Shown: positions 27,618-38,264 of the stretch, piece after piece
How positions within the stretch are numbered: position 1 is the first letter of the stretch
How the letters are laid out: every line of letters begins with the position of its first letter
Origin: an uncultured Gemmatimonadales bacterium
GTDB taxonomy: Bacteria; Gemmatimonadota; Gemmatimonadetes; Longimicrobiales; RSA9
Assembly: GCA_963798845.1 (NCBI GenBank)
Contig: CAWCUS010000006.1
Location: 1,184,001 to 1,248,000 of the forward strand
Direction of reading: 5' to 3'
DNA length: 64,000 bases
The notes under the pieces: model-generated
The model's database searches: none
What the model was told of the DNA's origin: nothing
Seen by the model: only the letters and a program-made list of their open reading frames with translations
Position numbers and translations under genes: made by a program

Positions 27618-29072
27618 CTATCCGGAGTGCAGTGGCTCCCGGGAGCGTGGGACGGCGGCGGCGATGCCGCGCAGCATGCGGCCGAAGACGAGCGAGTGGA
27701 TCGGCCAGAGGGCGTACCAGTAGGCCAGGCCGGCGAGGCCGGCGGGGTCGAAGAGTGCGGTCTGGCGGATGCGGGACCGGCCGTCGCCGTCGTCCTCCAC
27801 CTCGAACTGCAGCCAGGCGCGTCCCGGGAGGCGCATCTCGGCCCGCAGCCGCAACAGCCGATCGGGCTCGTACGCCTCGACGCGCCAGAAGTCGACCGCG
27901 TCACCGGGCAGCGGGGTGGCCGGGTCGCGCCGTCCTCGCCGGAGCCCGGGGCCGCCCACGAGCAGGTCGAGCAACCCGCGCAGCCGCCAGAGCGCATCGC
28001 CGAAGTACCAGCCCACGCGGCCCCCGACGCGGCGCACCGGCTCGAACGCCAGGTCGGGTGGCGCGGCGACCGTGACCTCCCGGGTGTCGACCAGGCGGGA
28101 GCCGAAGCGCTCGCCGCCGAACGGCTGCGGGTCGCCGGCGGCGGAGCGGGCGTCGGACCAGCGGGTGCGGGCGAAGTCGAGGTCCTCGCGGGCGAGGGAG
28201 CGGGCGATGGCGTCGGCCACGCCCATGGGTCGGATGGACGGGAAGAGCTCGCGGGCGCGGGTCGACTCGACGACCGTGTCGTAGCGCACGCTGTCGATGA
28301 GCTTGCGTCCGACCCGGGCGTAGATGGGCGTGACGAGGCCGAGCCAGAGCGACGACAGGCCGGGCGTCAGGACCGGCACGGGGAGGAAGACGCGGCGCAG
28401 CTCCCGCTGCCGGGCGTACTCCTCCATGAGGCCGCGGTAGGACACGCGCTCCTCGCCGCCGATCTCGACGACCTCCGGCTCCTCGAGCGGGACCGCCAGC
28501 GCGGCGACGAGGTAGTCGAGGACGTCTTCCACCGCGATGGGCTGCGCCAGCCGGTTCACCCAGCGCGGGGTGACCAGCACCGGGAGCCGCTCCACGAGCG
28601 CGCGGATCATCTCGAAGGAGAGGCTGCCGGAGCCGAGGATCACGGACGCGCGCAGCTCGATGGCGGGTGGCCCCTGCTCGCGCAGGACGCGACCCACTTC
28701 CTGCCGGCTGGCCAGGTGGGGCGAGAGGTCCGTGTCGTGGCCCAGCCCGCCCAGATAGATCACCCGGCCCACGCCCGCCTCCCTCGCGGCGCCCGCGAAG
28801 TTGGCGGCGGCCGCGCGGTCCTGCTCGCGGAAGTCGCCAGGCGAGCCCATGGAGTGGACGAGGTAGTAGGCCGCGTCCACGCCGTGCAGCGCGCCGTCGA
28901 GGGAGTCCCGATCGAGGACGTCTCCGCCCACCACCTCCAGGCCCGGGGGGACGCGCTGCCGGAGCTCTTCGGGGCGCCGCGTCATGGCGCGCACCTGGAA
29001 GCCGCGCTCCAGTAGGCGGCCGAGGAGCCGGCCGCCCACGTAGCCCGTGGCGCCGGTGAGGAGCACGATCAT
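27618..29072 (-). CDS. Atypical SDR/NAD(P)-binding protein with C-terminal DUF2867 (YbjT-like)
   Basis: 'LLTGATGYVGG', 'YYLVHSM', 'GDAVDFWRVE..LRLRAEMRLPGRAWL'. Confidence 0.85.
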   Translation of the reverse strand: MIVLLTGATGYVGGRLLGRLLERGFQVRAMTRRPEELRQRVPPGLEVVGGDVLDRDSLDGALHGVDAAYYLVHSMGSPGDFREQDRAAAANFAGAAREAGVGRVIYLGGLGHDTDLSPHLASRQEVGRVLREQGPPAIELRASVILGSGSLSFEMIRALVERLPVLVTPRWVNRLAQPIAVEDVLDYLVAALAVPLEEPEVVEIGGEERVSYRGLMEEYARQRELRRVFLPVPVLTPGLSSLWLGLVTPIYARVGRKLIDSVRYDTVVESTRARELFPSIRPMGVADAIARSLAREDLDFARTRWSDARSAAGDPQPFGGERFGSRLVDTREVTVAAPPDLAFEPVRRVGGRVGWYFGDALWRLRGLLDLLVGGPGLRRGRRDPATPLPGDAVDFWRVEAYEPDRLLRLRAEMRLPGRAWLQFEVEDDGDGRSRIRQTALFDPAGLAGLAYWYALWPIHSLVFGRMLRGIAAAVPRSREPLHSG

Positions 29073-29326
29073 GCCCGGGCGCGCCCGGGGCCGTGCTTCG
29101 CCGCGCACGTGCTCTCCTACCTGGAACGGATTCTCGGTCGCGGACATGGTTCCCGGGCTCGCAAGGGCGTCACGTTGGTTTCCGTGCCGCCAATCTGCGT
29201 GGAGGGGGCGGGCCATGCCACGACCCCATTATATGAGAGAACATTGATCCGGCGCCCGGCGGATCGCCATATTCACTGTTCGTTTTCCGGCCCCGGCCCC
29301 CTCAACCCGACTCCCCGGAGTTCCCC

Positions 29327-30724
29327 ATGCGCCCACACACGCACGCCGGTCATCCCCAGCACCACGAGGAAACAGCCCAGCACACTGGCGAGGGTCATCT
29401 ACACGCGGCGCCTGGCGGGCATCGAGAAGCCTACCAGGCGGCATACGAAGCGGCCCGGCCGGAGCCGGGCGGGAGCGTGGTGGTCGTCGAGCTCGAAGCC
29501 GCCCCGGCGGAATGGGAATTCGTCCCCGGAACACGTACGCACGTCTGGTCCTACAATGGCCGGATCCCGGGCCCGACGATCGAGGCGAACGTGGGCGACG
29601 TGCTGGAGGTGCGGCTGACGAACTCGCTCCCGGAGCCCACCACGATCCACTGGCACGGTCTGCGGATCCCGGCGGCAATGGATGGAACGGAGAACGTCCA
29701 GCACCCGATCGCGCCGGGGGAGACCTACACCTATCGATTTCTGCTCCCGGACGCCGGCACGTTCTGGTACCACCCGCACAGCAACGAGACGGTGCAGCTG
29801 GAGCGCGGCCTTTACGGCGCACTCGTCGTGCGCGGGCCCGACGAGCCGGTTCTCGACGCGGACCGGGTCCTGGTGCTGGACGACGTGGCGCTGGACCGCG
29901 ATGGACAGATCAAGCCTCCCGGCGGGTGGTTCGAGCAGCACGATGGGCGGCAGGGCGAGACGCGGCTGGTGAACGGCACCTGCGAGCCGACGCTCACCCT
30001 GGCCGCCGGGCAGGTGGAACGGTGGCGGATCGTGAACGCCGCCAGCGCACGGTACGTCCGTCTGTCGCTCGGCGGCAGGCCGTTCCGGATCATCGGCACC
30101 GACGGCGGGCTCATCCCGGCGCCCTTCGAAACGTCCGAAGTCCTGATCGCGCCGGCGGACCGCGTGGAACTGGCCGTCGGCCCGTTCGATGAAGGGGAAG
30201 TGCTGGACATGGAGTCGCTGCGCTTCAAGCGGGGGACGTTCCGTCGCCCGCGGCGGGAGCCGCTCGGGACCGTGCGCGTGGAAGCCGCGCGACCGTCGCG
30301 GGCTTCGCTTCCGGAGCGGCTGCGGCACATCGAGCCGCTTGCCACGCGAGACATGGCAGTCGACCGCGAGGTGGTGCTCGGGTTCAAGCTCAGTCGGAAG
30401 CGGGGCGTGGACTTCGTCATCAACCGCGAGTCGCACCACCGGGCCGAGCTGGTGGCGGTGGGGGACCTTCAGATCTGGGACATCGTCAACCGTTCGCCGG
30501 TTGATCACCCGTTCCACCTCCACGGCTTCTTCTTCCAGGTGCTGGAGGTCAACGGGGATCCGCCGCCGTTCCTTTCCTGGGAGGACACGGTCAACGTCCC
30601 GGCGCAGGGGCGGGTGCGCATCGCCTGGATGCCGGACGATCGGCCGGGCGAGTGGATGTACCACTGCCACATCCTGGAGCACCACGCCGGGGGGATGATG
30701 GCGCACTTCGCCGTCGTCCGATGA
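29327..30724 (+). CDS. Multicopper oxidase
   Basis: HWHG, WYHPH, HPFHLHG, HCHILEH..GGM copper ligands; His-rich N-terminus. Confidence 0.92.
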   Translation: MRPHTHAGHPQHHEETAQHTGEGHLHAAPGGHREAYQAAYEAARPEPGGSVVVVELEAAPAEWEFVPGTRTHVWSYNGRIPGPTIEANVGDVLEVRLTNSLPEPTTIHWHGLRIPAAMDGTENVQHPIAPGETYTYRFLLPDAGTFWYHPHSNETVQLERGLYGALVVRGPDEPVLDADRVLVLDDVALDRDGQIKPPGGWFEQHDGRQGETRLVNGTCEPTLTLAAGQVERWRIVNAASARYVRLSLGGRPFRIIGTDGGLIPAPFETSEVLIAPADRVELAVGPFDEGEVLDMESLRFKRGTFRRPRREPLGTVRVEAARPSRASLPERLRHIEPLATRDMAVDREVVLGFKLSRKRGVDFVINRESHHRAELVAVGDLQIWDIVNRSPVDHPFHLHGFFFQVLEVNGDPPPFLSWEDTVNVPAQGRVRIAWMPDDRPGEWMYHCHILEHHAGGMMAHFAVVR

Positions 30725-30935
30725 ACGTCGCGCCGCCCTGACGGCGGAGGCGGCGGCAGAGGCGAGGTGCGGGTTGGTTGCACGATCCACGGCCTCGCTC
30801 GCGACACGGTACCGGGTTGGCGAGGCGAGCGCTCCCCGCGGCAGTGCCGCTCGCCCGTTGCGTTTCCCGGCGCGGGGGAGCATGCTGGAGCACCGCCCGC
30901 CTCCGGCACGGGCCACCGTGCGCAGGGGAGCCGCC

Positions 30936-32249
30936 ATGGGCCACACCGTCGGGAAGGACGTCTACCGCCAGCTGGGCCGCAAGCTCGACGGTCTGACCGT
31001 GCGCGCGCCGTGGAGCGGGAGGCTCCGCAGCCTGCTCGAGGAGCTGTACAGCGAGGAGGACGCGCGCCTGATCGCGGCCATGCCGTGGGGGTTCTCCACC
31101 CTTTCGCGGCTGGAGGAAGTCACGGGCGTGGGCCGCTCGGAGCTGGAGCGGCTGCTCGCGAGCCTCTGTCCCCGGGGACTGGTCATCGACGTGTGGGCGG
31201 GCGGGGCGTACCGCTACGCTCCGTCGCCCATGGTGATCGGGGTCTTCGAGTTCACCATGATGCGGACGGGCGGCAAGCTGCCGTACGACCGGTGGTCGGC
31301 GCTGTTCCGGGACTACCTGGAGGAGGGGCCGTTCGCCGAAGCCATGTTCGGGGACGGGAAGAGGGTCTCCATCATGCGCGCGGTCCCGCACGACGGCTCG
31401 ATCCGGCCGGAAGAGTACGTGGAGGTGCTGGACTACGAGAAGGCGGCGGCGATCGTGGACGCCACGGACCGCTTCGCCATCGGCCTCTGCTCGTGCCGCC
31501 ACGAGCACCGCCACCTGGGGGTCAACGACTGCGACGCGCCGCTGGAGACCTGCTCCACGCTGGGCGGCCGCTCCGTGGATTACATGGTCCGGAACGGTCT
31601 GGCGCGCGAGGTATCGAAGCAGGAGATGCTGGAGAACGTCGAGCGGTCGCGGGAGCTCGGGCTGGTCATCAACGCCGACAACGTGCAGCGCGATGTGAGC
31701 TTCTTCTGCCATTGCTGCGGCTGCTGCTGCAACGTGCTGGGCGGGATCAACCGGCACGGCTACACCAACGCGGTGGTCACCTCCAACTGGATCGCCGAGT
31801 CGGACCCGGAGAAGTGCATCGGGTGCGGGATCTGCTCCCGTCAGTGCCCCATCGGCGCCATCGACAGGGTGCCGGACCCGGACCCGAAGTACCGGAAGTT
31901 CGGCCGGCCGGTGGTGAACCAGGAGCTGTGCCTCGGCTGCGGCGTGTGCACCGTCCGGTGCAAGCCGGGCGCGATGCGCCTGACGCACCGGGAGCAGCGC
32001 GTGCTGCACCCCGAGACCACGTTCGAGCGGATCATCCTCCAGTGCCTCGAGCGGGGCACGCTCCAGAACCAGCTGTTCGACGACCCGGCCAGTCTGACGC
32101 AGGGGTTCGCCCGCGCGGTGGTGGGCGGGTTCCTGCGCATCCCGCCGGTGAAGCGGGCGCTGATGAGCGACGCGCTGCGGTCGCGCTTCCTGGCTGCGTT
32201 GAAGGACGCCGCGGTGCGACAGGGGAAGGGGGCGCTGGTGGAGGGGTGA
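30936..32249 (+). CDS. 4Fe-4S dicluster-domain protein
   Basis: 'CIGCGICSRQCP', 'CLGCGVCTVRC', plus 'CSCRH' and 'CHCCGCCC' clusters. Confidence 0.85.
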   Translation: MGHTVGKDVYRQLGRKLDGLTVRAPWSGRLRSLLEELYSEEDARLIAAMPWGFSTLSRLEEVTGVGRSELERLLASLCPRGLVIDVWAGGAYRYAPSPMVIGVFEFTMMRTGGKLPYDRWSALFRDYLEEGPFAEAMFGDGKRVSIMRAVPHDGSIRPEEYVEVLDYEKAAAIVDATDRFAIGLCSCRHEHRHLGVNDCDAPLETCSTLGGRSVDYMVRNGLAREVSKQEMLENVERSRELGLVINADNVQRDVSFFCHCCGCCCNVLGGINRHGYTNAVVTSNWIAESDPEKCIGCGICSRQCPIGAIDRVPDPDPKYRKFGRPVVNQELCLGCGVCTVRCKPGAMRLTHREQRVLHPETTFERIILQCLERGTLQNQLFDDPASLTQGFARAVVGGFLRIPPVKRALMSDALRSRFLAALKDAAVRQGKGALVEG

Positions 32250-32273
32250 GCCGAGCGGGGCCTCCGCGGCCGA

Positions 32274-33497
32274 CTACGGATCCGGAGTCGCTCGCAGCAG
32301 AGGCACCAGCGCGCCGGCGATGGCATGGGCTTTCGCGGCGACGGCCGGCTCGTGGAGGTGGACGGGGTCGCGGAACTGGTCGTCGTGGCCGGTGATGAGC
32401 GAATCGAGGTCCACCAGGGGCAGGTCCATGTCGCGCGCGAGGTCGCGTATTGCGGCGTCGGCGCGGCGCATGTCTTCGACCCAGTAGTCGCTCCAGGAAA
32501 GGTTGCTCAGCGAGTAGGGCTGCGTGGTCAGGAGCACCCTGGTTCCGTGGGCCTGCGCGGCTTCGGCGATTTCCCGCAGGTTGCCCGCGAACAGGGCGAC
32601 GTCCGCGGCCGAAGCGGGGCCCCGGCTCTTCCTGCCGCGAACGCCCTTCCGGGCCATGACCTGGTAGAAGTCCACGCCCGGGTTCCTCCCGGTGAGCCTG
32701 TAGAAAAGGTACTTGCCGAAGGCGTAGCTGTAGTAGTAGCGCACCCAGAAGTCGTCCGCGTGGGGCTGCACGGAGAGGACCGTGTAGTAGTCCGAGTAGT
32801 CCGTGCGCGTCAGGCCCAGGCCCCAGCTCTTGAGGTCGTTGGCGGCGTGGTGAACGACGATCCAGTCGGGCGAGTAGTGCCGCACCGTGAGCTCGTAGTT
32901 GATGAGCGTCTGGGCCGTGGTCCACGCGCCGTTCGCGAAGTTCATCACCTCGATCCGGCGGTCAGGCAGCCGACGGGCCAGCTCGTCCGCCAGCAGCCGC
33001 GGGTACCCGTCCTCGGTCGTCGATGCTCCCAGGCAGGCGATCCGGATCGTGCCCGCCGGCTTCTCCTTCGGCCAGTCCCGGTCCAGGAAGCCCAGCGCGT
33101 TCACGCCCGGCCGCTCGGGGTTGTTCGTCAGGAGCAGGAACGGATGCGGGATCTTCTCCGGCCTGGAGGTCAGGGTCTGGCGGGCGCGGAACTGATAGAA
33201 GGAGCCGGTCATCCCGCCGGCCTGGATCACGGCGGCGGCGCCCACCTCGGAGACGAGGAACAGCAGCAGGAGCACGAGCGCGGAGAGACGGACGTTGGCC
33301 CACGTTTCCGGACGGCGGGACCCCGGATCGGAGCGGTTCCAGCCGACGATCTCACGGGCGAGCGTCACGACGGCGGCCAAGGCGATGAGCGCCGCGATGA
33401 TGCGCAGCGGACCGACGGGCGCCGAGGCGGGGAGGAGCTGTGCCGCGAGCGGGACGAAGAACACCGCGAGCGCGCCGAGCAGGACGCCGGCGCTCAT
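32274..33497 (-). CDS. Membrane-anchored SGNH/GDSL hydrolase
   Basis: TM N-terminus, 'RIACLGASTT', 'HHAAND', 'DPVHL'. Start uncertain. Confidence 0.75.
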   Translation of the reverse strand: MSAGVLLGALAVFFVPLAAQLLPASAPVGPLRIIAALIALAAVVTLAREIVGWNRSDPGSRRPETWANVRLSALVLLLLFLVSEVGAAAVIQAGGMTGSFYQFRARQTLTSRPEKIPHPFLLLTNNPERPGVNALGFLDRDWPKEKPAGTIRIACLGASTTEDGYPRLLADELARRLPDRRIEVMNFANGAWTTAQTLINYELTVRHYSPDWIVVHHAANDLKSWGLGLTRTDYSDYYTVLSVQPHADDFWVRYYYSYAFGKYLFYRLTGRNPGVDFYQVMARKGVRGRKSRGPASAADVALFAGNLREIAEAAQAHGTRVLLTTQPYSLSNLSWSDYWVEDMRRADAAIRDLARDMDLPLVDLDSLITGHDDQFRDPVHLHEPAVAAKAHAIAGALVPLLRATPDP

Positions 33498-33688
33498 GCC
33501 GTACAGGTACCTGCGAACAGGACAATCATGGTGTCTCCGGGATCTGGAGCTCGAGACGATGGAAGCGAGCGGCCGCGAAGCGCCCCCAGCCCTCACCTGG
33601 CCAGGGCGGCCGACGTTCACCAAACTTATCTGTCCCTCGCGAACACGTCCATCCGGCGCGCTGCCGGATCCTCCAGGAGGTGGTGCCC

Positions 33689-36600
33689 GTGCGCACGCCA
33701 TCGATCCGCGTCGTAGCGGCTCTCGCGTTTCTTTCCGTTCCCGCGTCCTCCGTCGCGGCGCAGGCGCCGAGCGCGGCGGCCGGGCCCGGCCCGGCGCTCT
33801 ATTCCGACATGCACTGGCGCGCCATCGGCCCGACGCGGGGCGGCAGGACGCGGGCGCTGGCGGCGGTGCCGGGGAACCCGACGGTGTTCTACGCCGGGTT
33901 CGACAACGGCGGGATCTGGCGCACGACGGACTACGGCTCGACCTGGCAGCCGATCTTCGACGACCAGCCCACGGGCTCGATCGGCGCGATCGCGGTGGCG
34001 CCGTCGGATCCTGACATCCTGTACGTGGGGAGCGGCGCCGGGATCATCCGGCCGGACCTGGCCACGGGCGATGGCCTGTACAGGTCCTCGGACGCCGGGC
34101 GGACGTGGACGCACCTGGGGCTGCGCGAGACGCAGATGATCGCGGACGTGGTGGTGGACCCGACGAACCCGGACCGGCTCTTCGTGGCCGCGCTGGGACA
34201 CCCGTACGGCCCGAACCCGGAGCGCGGGATCTTCCGGTCCGTCAATGGCGGGAAGACGTTCGAGAAAGTGCTCTACCGCGACGAGTACACCAGCGGGAAC
34301 GACGTCGTCCTGGACCCGTCGGACCCGAACACCGTCTACGCCACGCTCTGGCAGCAGCAGCAGGGCTTCCGGGAGAGCGCGGAGTTCGGCGGCGCGGGAA
34401 AGGGCACCGGGATCTTCAAGTCCACCGATGGCGGCGACAGCTGGAAGCCGCTGACGACCGGGCTGCCCAACGTGATCGAGGCCAACCTGGCGGTGGCGCC
34501 GAGCGACCCGCGGATCGTGTACGCCATGGTGGCCGGCACGCCCAACCCGAGCGCCGCCGCAGCGGCGGGGCCGGGCACGGTGACGGGCGCCGGGCGGGAT
34601 GGCGGGACCACGGGGGTGGTCGGCTTCTACCGTTCGGAGGACGGGGGCGAGCACTGGACGCCGGTGGACGTGCCGGCGGGGCCGATGGGGGCGGCCACGG
34701 CGCACGTGGACGCGCGCCCGCTGCGTCGCATCGGCGGGGGTGACCTCCCGACCATCACGGTGGACCCGAAGGACCCGAACACGGTCTACAGCGCCACGGT
34801 GGTGATGTGGCGGACCCGCGATGGCGGCGAGCACTGGTCGGCGGTGCGGGGCGCCTACGGCGGCGACGACTACCAGAAGATCTGGATCCACCCGGAGGAC
34901 CCGAACGTCATCTTCACGGTGTCCGACCAGGGCGCCGTCATCTCGACCAACGGCGGCGAGTCGTGGAGCAACTGGTACAACCAGCCCACGGCCGCCATGT
35001 ACCACGTCACCACGGACAACGCGTTCCCGTACCGGGTGTGCGGCGGCCAGCAGGACGCCGGCTCGGCGTGCGTTCAGAGCCGGTCGGACGACGGGGAGAT
35101 CACGTTCCACGACTGGCACCCGGTGAACATCCAGGAGTACGGCATAGCGGCGCCCGACCCGCGGGATCCGGACCTGGTCTACGGCAGCGCACGCACGGAC
35201 GTGTCGCTGTTCAACCGCAGGACGCGCCAGACCAGCCGGGTGGGGCCGGACATGGGCCCGCGCGGCGGGCCGTTCAACCGGGACGTGCGCACCATGCCGA
35301 TCCAGTGGTCGCCGGTGGACCCGGCCGTGCTCTTCTACACGTCGAACGTGGTGTGGAAGACCACCGACGACGGCCACTCCTGGACCCGGATCAGCCCCGA
35401 CCTGGCCAGGCAGTCGTGGAAGGTGCCGGCCAGCGCGGGGAAGTACGCGAAGCACGTCGAAGTGGGCGTCCAGGGCACGATCACCGCGCTCTCGGCTTCG
35501 CCCCTGGACGTGGACGTGATCTGGGCGGGCACCGACGACGGCGCCATCCAGGTGACCATGGACGGGGGGGCGCACTGGCGCGACGTGACGCCGCCGGCCG
35601 TCGCGCCGTGGACCCGGATCTTCAACATCGAAGCGGGCCACTTCGACACCGGGACCGCGTACGCGGCCGCCAACACCATGCGGATCGACGACATGGACCC
35701 GCACTTCTTCCGCACCCACGATGGCGGGAAGACGTGGACGGAGATCGACGGCGGTCTGACGCCGGGCGCGGTGGCCAACTCGATCCGGGAGGACCCGCGA
35801 GAGCCGGGGCTGCTGTACGCGGCCACCGAGACGCAGGTCTGGGTCTCGTTCGACGACGGCGGCCGGTGGCACTCGCTCCGGCTGGACATGCCGGCCATCT
35901 CCGTGCGCGACATCCAGGTGAAGGACGACTCCACGTGCCTCTGCTCCGACCTCGTGGCCGCCACCCACGGACGGGGCTTCTGGATCCTGGACGACGTGAC
36001 CCCGCTGCGGCAGGCGAAGGAGGCCATGGCCGCGACCGGGGGCGGCGGCGTCGCCTACCTGTTCCGTCCGGCCACGGCCGTGCGCGTGCGCTTCGGCACC
36101 AACGACCCCACGGAGTGGCCGCCGGAGCTGCCCGCGGGGGAGAACCCGCCGGCCGGGGGGATCATCGACTACTATCTCGCCGCGGACGCGGCTGGCCCCG
36201 TGGGGCTGGACATCCTCGATGCCAGCGGCGCGGTCATCCGCTCCTACTCGAGCGACGACCCGGTCCTCGAGCCCGACCCGGCGCTCGACCCCGAGGGGTA
36301 CGACCGCGTCTGCCGCGAGGACCCCGGGGCGCCCAACTGCAACGTGCCGCTGTACTGGCCGGCCCCGCAGAGGGTCCTGGCCACGGATCAGGGGATGCAC
36401 CGGTTCGCCTGGGACCTGCGCTTCGACCCGATCGGCGCGGAGCCGCGGGAGGCCAGCGGCGAGGGCGCCGTTCCGCACCACACGTACCCGTCGGTGAACG
36501 CGCCATGGGCGCCTCGCGGCGAGTATACGGTCCGACTCACCGTGGACGGCCACGCGTCCACGCAGCCGCTCTCGCTCCGCCTGGATCCGCGGGTCCGCAC

Positions 36601-37054
36601 GCCCGCGGCGGACCTGGACCGGGTGGCCGCGCTCTCCCGTGAGCTGTACGACGGCGCGATCGCGGCCCACGCCGCCTACGAGCAGGCCCGGGGGCTCGTC
36701 GGGCGCCTCGAGGGCGCCACCAATGCGGGTGCGGCGGCGTTTCGCCGGCAGGTGGAAGCGCTGGCCCCGGCACCGGGTCCGGACGCCGGCGGCCGCCGCT
36801 TCTTCGGGGGCGCGCCGTCCGGTCCGCCCACGCTGGAGACCGTGAGCCAGGCCATGCTGCGCGCGGCCATGGCCATGAACGATGCCGAGGTCGCGCCCAC
36901 GGCCCGGGAGGTGGCGGCGAGCGATGCGGCCAGGACCGAAGCCGCGGGAGTGATGAAGCAGTGGGCGGCCCTGAGCACCAGCGGGCTGGCAGCCTACAAC
37001 GCCGAGCGCGCGAAAGCGGGGCTGGAGCCGCTGGCGCTGCCGCCGTCGCCATGA
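33689..37054 (+). CDS. Secreted BNR/VPS10-repeat (Asp-box) glycosyl-hydrolase-like protein
   Basis: 'WRAIGP.RGGR', repeated 'S/TxDGGxxW' Asp-boxes, 'ATHGRGFWILDD'. Confidence 0.85.
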   Translation: MRTPSIRVVAALAFLSVPASSVAAQAPSAAAGPGPALYSDMHWRAIGPTRGGRTRALAAVPGNPTVFYAGFDNGGIWRTTDYGSTWQPIFDDQPTGSIGAIAVAPSDPDILYVGSGAGIIRPDLATGDGLYRSSDAGRTWTHLGLRETQMIADVVVDPTNPDRLFVAALGHPYGPNPERGIFRSVNGGKTFEKVLYRDEYTSGNDVVLDPSDPNTVYATLWQQQQGFRESAEFGGAGKGTGIFKSTDGGDSWKPLTTGLPNVIEANLAVAPSDPRIVYAMVAGTPNPSAAAAAGPGTVTGAGRDGGTTGVVGFYRSEDGGEHWTPVDVPAGPMGAATAHVDARPLRRIGGGDLPTITVDPKDPNTVYSATVVMWRTRDGGEHWSAVRGAYGGDDYQKIWIHPEDPNVIFTVSDQGAVISTNGGESWSNWYNQPTAAMYHVTTDNAFPYRVCGGQQDAGSACVQSRSDDGEITFHDWHPVNIQEYGIAAPDPRDPDLVYGSARTDVSLFNRRTRQTSRVGPDMGPRGGPFNRDVRTMPIQWSPVDPAVLFYTSNVVWKTTDDGHSWTRISPDLARQSWKVPASAGKYAKHVEVGVQGTITALSASPLDVDVIWAGTDDGAIQVTMDGGAHWRDVTPPAVAPWTRIFNIEAGHFDTGTAYAAANTMRIDDMDPHFFRTHDGGKTWTEIDGGLTPGAVANSIREDPREPGLLYAATETQVWVSFDDGGRWHSLRLDMPAISVRDIQVKDDSTCLCSDLVAATHGRGFWILDDVTPLRQAKEAMAATGGGGVAYLFRPATAVRVRFGTNDPTEWPPELPAGENPPAGGIIDYYLAADAAGPVGLDILDASGAVIRSYSSDDPVLEPDPALDPEGYDRVCREDPGAPNCNVPLYWPAPQRVLATDQGMHRFAWDLRFDPIGAEPREASGEGAVPHHTYPSVNAPWAPRGEYTVRLTVDGHASTQPLSLRLDPRVRTPAADLDRVAALSRELYDGAIAAHAAYEQARGLVGRLEGATNAGAAAFRRQVEALAPAPGPDAGGRRFFGGAPSGPPTLETVSQAMLRAAMAMNDAEVAPTAREVAASDAARTEAAGVMKQWAALSTSGLAAYNAERAKAGLEPLALPPSP

Positions 37055-38211
37055 CGACAGGCACGACCGTCCCCACGCCCGGGGATGTCGACGCGATCGC
37101 CGGCGGTGCCGATCCGATCCTCCGCAACCTGCGCATCACCGGCTGCTACCATCAGCTCGCCCTCGGCGCCCGCGCCCGGGTCGGGGCGGGCGCGAACTGG
37201 TGCACGTTCGCCACCTGGGCCTCGCGACAGGCGGGCCGCTCGATCCGGGGCGAGGACGTGCGGGACACGCTGCGCGAGCGCCTGGGCATCTCGCCGCCGG
37301 TCCGTGAGCTGGCGGAAGGTCTCCTGACCGCGGTGCGGGGGCTCCCGCCGATCCGGACCGTGTCGGGGCTCCTGGACGCGGTCGCGGACGCTCTCGACGC
37401 CGATGGGGCAGTGGAGCGCGCGGCCGCGGCGGTGGCGGCGGGGAACCTGAAAGTGTTCGCGGAGATCGGCGCGGCCTTCGCCCGGTTCCTGGAGGCGGCG
37501 TCAAGCCCATCGCCGGACGCCCTTCCCGCCTTCCTGGACGGCCTCCGCCCCGGGGACCCGCCGGAGGGGCAGGCCATGCTGCGCGAGGCGTTCGCCGCGT
37601 ACGTCGAAGCGACGAGTCGCGAGTCCGACACCGACCGGGCCCAGCTCCAGTACCTCGCCAACCTGCTCATCGGCATGCACGAGCAGACGCGGCTCCAGCC
37701 CGAGATCGCGGCGGCGATGAACGCGGCGTTCGACGGCGAAGCCGTGCGCGACCGGATCGTCCGCGCTCTGCTGCCCGGGGCCTGGCGCAGCATCCGATAC
37801 CGGGTGGCCGCGCTCTTCGGCCGGCGACCGCCCCTGGACGACGTCGTCGACGCGCTCGTTGCGGAAGCCCAGCGCGAGCTGCGGCACCTGCTCACCGCCC
37901 AGGCCATGACGCTTCACTTCCCGGCCGGGGTTACGGTCCGGCTGGGGCGCGAGGTCGGCGGCCGGGACTCCGTTTCCCTCGCCGCGCTGTCCGAGCCGCG
38001 GCTGGTGGCGCTGGTCGCACGGATCGACCCGGACCCGCTCTCGCTGGCCGGCGGCGGCGCGCTGGACTGGAGCGTGCTCGAGCAGCGGATGCACCTGATC
38101 GCAGACCTGTTCCGCCGCTACCACGACTGGGCTCCGCTCTTCGATCCGCCGTACACGGCGGTGCAGCTCGCGGCGCTGGGCGAGGGCAGGCTCCCCGCCC
38201 CGCCGCTCTAG
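37051..38211 (+). CDS. Conserved hypothetical protein
   Basis: ATGA overlap with the upstream gene; 'NWCTFATWASRQAG', 'MHEQTRLQP' look like conserved motifs. Confidence 0.7.
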   Translation: MTTGTTVPTPGDVDAIAGGADPILRNLRITGCYHQLALGARARVGAGANWCTFATWASRQAGRSIRGEDVRDTLRERLGISPPVRELAEGLLTAVRGLPPIRTVSGLLDAVADALDADGAVERAAAAVAAGNLKVFAEIGAAFARFLEAASSPSPDALPAFLDGLRPGDPPEGQAMLREAFAAYVEATSRESDTDRAQLQYLANLLIGMHEQTRLQPEIAAAMNAAFDGEAVRDRIVRALLPGAWRSIRYRVAALFGRRPPLDDVVDALVAEAQRELRHLLTAQAMTLHFPAGVTVRLGREVGGRDSVSLAALSEPRLVALVARIDPDPLSLAGGGALDWSVLEQRMHLIADLFRRYHDWAPLFDPPYTAVQLAALGEGRLPAPPL

Positions 38212-38264
38212 GAGGTCCGCGGCCGAGCCGCGGCGTCGATACCCAAACCCGGGAGACGTCTCAG